Positions 57,588 through 64,000 of a DNA stretch of 64,000 nucleotides are shown in pieces (position 1 is the stretch's first letter; every line of letters starts with the position of its first letter). Made by a program: the position numbers and the translations under genes. The notes under the pieces are model-generated. The model made no database searches. It was not told the DNA's origin and was given only the letters and a program-made list of their open reading frames with translations. Source of the stretch: Octopus vulgaris (lineage: Eukaryota); NCBI GenBank assembly GCA_951406725.2, contig OX597821.1, positions 77,252,001-77,316,000 of the forward strand. The letters are read 5' to 3'.

Positions 57588-58757
57588 TACACACACACAC
57601 ACACACATGCAAAATGTGAGGAATGCGGAGCTTAAGCCAGTCACTATGTTTCGAAGTTTAACTTCGCGCAGTTTGTTTATATGTTTACACTAAATTCTAC
57701 AGATAACATCTGCCGTTGTTTATATGTTTACACGGAGATCTGTTGCAGTTCTGCTATTATTGCTTCCGCCATAGTTCTTTACATGTTTACATAGTTTGCT
57801 ATTGTTGCATCGAAAATGCTAGCATGTTTATTCTGTAAGCAACTAAACTATTACACCATTGTTGTGTACTGATATAGTACTTATTATAGGAGACGGGTGC
57901 ACCAGTAGTATATCCATGTCGTAAAAAATGCCCGCAGTTTTACTAATGATAGAAAATAGCGCATCAAAACTATATGAGAAATCATTGATAAATGCCAGCA
58001 ATCGAGTAAAGATATGAACAAACGCAGAATGTCACAGCATGGCCACAGTCTGACTAAAACAAGTGTGTTTACTTGTGTTTACGCCCTCGTAATTTAGCGG
58101 TTCGGTAAAAGAGACCGATTGAATAAGTACTAGGCTTACAATGAATAAATCCCGGGATCGATTTTCTCGACTAAAAGCGGTGCTCAAGCATGGCTGCAGT
58201 CAAATGACTTAAACACGTAAAAGAATGAATGAATATAACGTGCTAAGAAAAAAAAAGAGAAACGTCCAGTGAGTTCAAGACTTAGTAATGCTGACTTCTG
58301 ATTTGCTCACAAAAATAGCAGTTTTGTGGAGAAGGGGTGAGTCGATACCGAACGATCCTAGTCCTTGACGGATGCCTTATTTCATCGATCCCGTGGATAA
58401 GAACCTATGTTGATCTCAGCAAAGTTTGAACTCAGAATGTAAAGAGTTGCAAGATATGTTGTGAGGCTTATTTTCCTGACATTCTAACGATTCTGCCAGT
58501 TCGTTGTCCAATTTGTGACAGTAATTGAACTGTGGCCATGGTGGAGCACTGCTTTGAAAGATTTGGTCGAACAAATCAATCCCACTACTTTTTCAATCAG
58601 GTACCTAGCAAATTATTTTATTTCCTAAAAAAAAAATTTGAAACCATTGGTCCAGGAGTTAGATGGTAAATGTTTTTATCTTTCATTCCCTTCGAGAATT
58701 TATCCCTAATTAGTAGGTTGGAATTTAACGGTTCTCTCTAGCGTGCAAGGAATCCTA

Positions 58758-58826
<69 letters not shown>

Positions 58827-59313
58827 AAGGAATACAAAAAATGAGACAAGAACGCAAAGCATCCAGACAGTTTGATGATACAAAAAAGGGACAAGCAAAA
58901 GCAAAGACGGGTCAATCGGAGTAATCTTTCCTCAGTCGAGTTCCAAATTATCTTTGCAATTTCGGCTGGTTATACTCGATATTGCTCCAATCTGGTCAGC
59001 CCCAAAGGAAAAACTAAGTTAAGAGCACTAGATTCCTTTGAAGAAACAGCGAATGTACACTTAAACAAGGGCGGTAAAAAAAAACGGAGAAATAGTACAC
59101 AAAAAGAAATGCAAATAACAGGACATAACAACAGGTGTCTTTCGACTAAGGATCTATTAAATTAAGCTGGCGTGTGTGATACGTAAACACACGCGCGCAT
59201 ATGTACATATAAATGGAAAAAATATTAAATAGTGCAATATAGTAGTATTAAATTAACGGACAAAAGGATGTGAACAACGAATGTATTAGCTTGACGCTCA
59301 GTGAAAAGAGAGC

Positions 59314-59344
59314 TTGATGTTTCGAGCATAGCTCTTCATCGGAA
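59314..59344 (-). ncRNA. Minimal hammerhead-like motif (U4C), decayed
   Basis: UU-CCGAUGA-A-GAGC UAU GCUC-GAAA-CAUC-AA. Confidence 0.45.
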
Positions 59345-59463
59345 CGGAGAAAGGCAAAAGAGAAAAAGAAATCGCAAACAACACGTATATATATTACTTA
59401 ACATTTAAATTTATATATATATTTATACGTGTGGGTATGTGTATGTGTGTGTGTGTGTGTGTG

Positions 59464-59768
59464 TGAAGGGGCATGACTTAGTGGTTTGAGTGTTGTTGTA
59501 CTCACGAGTGCGAGATCGTGGGCTCGATTCCCAGACCGGGCGTTGCATTGTGTTCTTGAGCAGCGCACTTCATTTCACATTGCTCTGCGATCATTTCGTC
59601 ATCTAACATGTTGCACCTGTTGCACCTGTACAGGTAATGTCGATCTGTTGGAGGGAGTGAGCTTATGTCAACACAAACCTGTGATCACTATAAATGAACC
59701 ATCTGTGCGTTTGCTCAGTAAGAAACTGTTGAAACCTCATACGTCGTCTAACGACGGGAGACTCCATG
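59464..59768 (+). mobile_element. CORE-like SINE with a third tail type
   Basis: Contains tgacttagtggtt, gctcgattcccagaccgggcgttg (as family C) and gtgttcttgagca; the 3' half is distinct. Confidence 0.7.
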
Positions 59769-59777
59769 CTGTGTATG

Positions 59778-59823
<46 letters not shown>

Positions 59824-60015
59824 CATATAAATATTTCCTTGTGTAGCACGTCCTGTAACTGTTTTTTTGTTTTTTTGTTTTTTTGTTTTTCTCGTTTCTA
59901 CGTCTTGTTGTGGTGTCCTGTACTCACGTATAATTATTTATATATGCATGTATATATACATGTAGATGTAGGTACGTACATATATGTTTGTATGTATGCA
60001 TATATTTTTATTTAT

Positions 60016-60074
<59 letters not shown>

Positions 60075-60135
60075 CGGGAAGCTTTATGAAAATAGACAAA
60101 AGACGAAGGCAGGTTTACGGAAATAAACAAAAGAC

Positions 60136-60168
<33 letters not shown>

Positions 60169-60169
60169 G

Positions 60170-60202
<33 letters not shown>

Positions 60203-62058
60203 CTATCTATGTATCTATGTATGTATATTCATATATATATATATACGACGGGCTTCTTTCGGTTTCCGTCTACCAAATCCACTTAGAAAGCTTTGGTCGG
60301 CCCAAGGCTATAGTCGAAGACACTTGCCCAAGGTGAGACTGAAACCGGAAGCTTGTGGTTAGGAAGCAAGCTTCTTTTGTTTCAGTCATTAAACTGCGAC
60401 CATGCTGGAGTACCGCCATGGGGCATGTCAGTCGAACGAATCGACCCCAATACTTATTTATTTTTATTCTTTTAAGCCAGAAACTTATTCTATCAGTCTC
60501 TTAGGCCGAACAGCTAACTTACTGGGACGCAAACTCACCAACAACGGTTGTCCAGCGTGGGGTGGGAAACAGTGACACAAGGAGACACACACACACATAT
60601 ATATATATACATATATATATGTGTGTGTACGTGTGTGTCTATACACACACATATGCATGTGTGTGTGTGTGTGTGTGAATCTTTCTGTGTAAATTCTCCT
60701 CCACCACCGCTCAACAATCGGTACTGGTATGTTTACATCCCCGTAACATAGCGGTTCGGCATCGGACACCGATACAATAAGCACCAGGCTTTAAAAAAAA
60801 TAAGAGCTGGGGATCGATGCGTTCGACCAAAAATCATTAAAGGCGGTACTCCAGCATGGCCGCAGCGCAGCGACTGGAACAAGGTAGCGACATAGGGTAT
60901 TTGCGGGAATGCCCAGTGCAATGACGAGCAGCGAGACAGAGAGACAGAGAGAGAGGGGGTGCGTGAAAGAGAGAGAGAGAGGGGGTGCGTGAAAGAGAGA
61001 GAGAGAGAGAGAGAGGGACGGGTAGTCAGTAATTTGTCCAATGACAGACCATGAACAACGTACTGGGCTTAAGGGCGGGGAAAGGAAGGTAACCGCCCCT
61101 GTTAAATCCTTTAGATTTGTCGGTCAATCTGTCTAAAGTAACCATTCACTTCCTTTGCAGTTAACGCTTAGCTGGCCACGCCTTTGCCCAGAGATCAGCT
61201 TCGGTGGGAGATGTGGTCCTGTAATGGTTACTTCCTTCTTTTGCCTTCGGTTGGTCGCCAGCAACCAAGAGAAATAAATAATTTATGTGTAATATGACGA
61301 AGAAGGGAATCGCACCCTTTATGCGGTCACTCGATGTGCTAGAAACAGTAGCCAAATCTACTTCAAATTCTCGACAGACCATCTTTAAAAACATTGCCTA
61401 TCGGTGACTAACTGCATTGGTCAATATAGCATTTATTGAGATAAAGAGGATCTTTATGAATTATATACACAGCTGGAATGTCTTTGATTAAAATTATTCG
61501 TAATCAGGAGTGAAATGATGACAAGAATAACGATAGTAATTATGTATAGGAAAACCGAAAAATGCAAAACAAAAACAGTTTCGCAAGAACTATGGAAGTT
61601 TTACATCACAGAGAGAATGATATAGAAGAAGGAAGTAGGGGGGAGATACGGTCAAATTGATGGAACACACACACACATATATATATATGTATATACCCAT
61701 ACGTCAATACATGCACAGACACACACATACATACGCACACACAAACGTACGTACATAACGTATATGTATGTATGCAGGCATGCATGTATGTATGTATGTA
61801 TGTATGTATGTATGTATGTATGTATGTATGTATGTATGTATGTATGTATGTATGTATGTATGTATGTGTTTGTATGCATGTAGGCATGTATGTATGGACG
61901 CAGGCGTAGGTGAGTGGTAATAAGCTTGCTTCCCAACCACATGGTTCCGGGTTCAGTCCCACTGCGTAACACCTTGGACAAGTGTCTTCTACCATAGCTT
62001 CAGGCCGACCAGAGATTTCTGTGTGGATTTGGTAGACGGAAACTGGAAGAAGCCCATC

Positions 62059-62176
<118 letters not shown>

Positions 62177-62388
62177 TTCTCTGTGTGTGTGTATTGTTAT
62201 CTTCACCATCACCATTGCCATCATCATGATCCGCATCAGTTTTAATAAATTATCTTTAAATAGATACTTTTTCGGCTCACATCCACCTCCACCACCTCCA
62301 CCACCACTGCACAGACTTAGTTACTCCTACAAATAAAGCATATATACTTCCATATTTACACACGGGAGTTCACTCACACAGACACACG

Positions 62389-62445
<57 letters not shown>

Positions 62446-62447
<2 letters not shown>

Positions 62448-62897
62448 CTGTGTGGTAAGTAGCTTGCTACACCAACCACATGGTTCCGGGTTCAGTCCCA
62501 CTGCGTGGCACCTTGGGCAAGTGTCTTCTACTATAGCCTCGGGCCGACCAAAGCCTTGTGAGTGGATTTGATAGACGGAAACTGAAAGAAGCCCGTCGTA
62601 TATATGTATATATATGTGTGTGTGTTTGTGTGTCTGTGTGTTTGTGCTTGACAACCTGTCGTATATATGTATATATATGTGTGTGTGTTTGTGTGTCTGT
62701 GTTTGTCCTCCTAGCATTGCTTGACAACCGATGCGGGTGTGTTTATGTCCCCGTCACATAGCGGTTCGGCAAAAGAGACCGATAGAATAAGTACTGGCTT
62801 ACAAAGAATAAGTCCCGGGGTCGAGTTGCTCGACTAATGGCGGTGCTCCAGCATGGCCGCAGTCAAATGACTGAAACAAGTAAAAGAGTAAAAGAGT
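62446..62897 (+). mobile_element. SINE family A copy with short internal duplication
   Basis: Near-consensus; gtcgtatatatgtatatatatgtgtg...gtctgtg occurs twice. Confidence 0.9.
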
Positions 62898-62926
62898 ATA
62901 TATATATATAAGAGTAATATAATTAC

Positions 62927-62971
<45 letters not shown>

Positions 62972-63042
62972 TATATATATATGTATCTATATATACATAT
63001 ATATATATGTATGTATGTATGTATGTATGCATGTATAAATAT

Positions 63043-63452
63043 ACTTTTACTCTTTTACTTGTTTCAGTTATTTGACAGCAGCCATGCTGGAGCACTGGCT
63101 TTAGTCGAGCAACTCGACCCCGGGACTTATTTTTGTAAGCCTAGTTCTTATTCTATCGAGCTCTTTTTGCCGAACCGCTAAGTTACGGGGACGTAAACAC
63201 GCCACCATCGGTTGTCAAGCGATGTTGGTGAGGGGGGCGGTCAAACACAGACACGCAAACATACATATATATAAATATATACATATATACGACGGGCGTC
63301 TTTCATTTTCCGTCTACCAAATCTACTCACAAGGCTTTGGTTGGCCTGAGGCTATAGTAGAAGATAACTGTCCAAGGTGCCACGCAGTGGGACTGAACCC
63401 GGAACCAAGTGGTTGGTAAGCAAGCTACTTATCACACAACCACTCTTGCACC
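63043..63452 (-). mobile_element. SINE family A copy, inverted relative to 62446
   Basis: Full-length reverse-complement match ~150 bp from the previous copy. Confidence 0.9.
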
Positions 63453-63454
63453 TC

Positions 63455-63533
<79 letters not shown>

Positions 63534-64000
63534 GTGATAATTAAAAATATATGCATACATACAAACATATATGTACGTACCTACATCTACATGTATATAT
63601 ACATGGATATATAAATAAATATACATAAGTACAGGACGCCACAACATGACGTAGAAATGGGAAAAACAAAAATTTAACGACAAGTACAGGACAGGCTACA
63701 CAAGGAAAATCCAAAAAATTTTTACAACAAGAAAACAAGTACAGGACAAGCTACACAAGGAAAAATCCACCGACATCAGTTGTCGCTAGTTAACTCAGGC
63801 GTGTTTCGAAGGCAAGACAGGACACTCGTTAACTAAGCCTTCCTGCGAGAGAATTAAAATAAAATTCCAAGCAGCGGGGTAAAACGGGTAAGAACACAAA
63901 CAGGATGTAACGATAAAACTACACAATAAAATTCAAGATAAAAATACATGTACAAAAAAATACAAGACGAGAAATAAAAAGGGGAATACAATACCGGAAA

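Overview
Repeat-saturated, AT-rich animal genomic DNA. The SINE types and the dense (TA)n/(CATA)n/(GATA)n/(CA)n tracts look like octopus (inference). Nearly every ORF in the supplied track is a microsatellite artefact. One host coding exon is recognisable: the first coding exon of a vestigial/VGLL2-3-like gene (47579-47725, minus strand; MSCVDVMY..., GTAAG donor). It is preceded by about 2 kb of SINE-free purine/pyrimidine-skewed sequence, and the lower ~47 kb appears to be its intron. The rest is tRNA-derived SINEs, decayed mariner, Penelope-like, CR1, RTE and R4/Dong-like relics, MITEs and a 26-bp minisatellite. The most striking signal is about a dozen short elements, mostly sitting in or beside (TA)n/(TATG)n tracts, that carry type I hammerhead-ribozyme folds. 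Several have a recurrent CCGANGA (U4C) core and palindromic stem III, and several such elements form fold-back pairs. All folds and translations were done by eye, and repeat boundaries are approximate.
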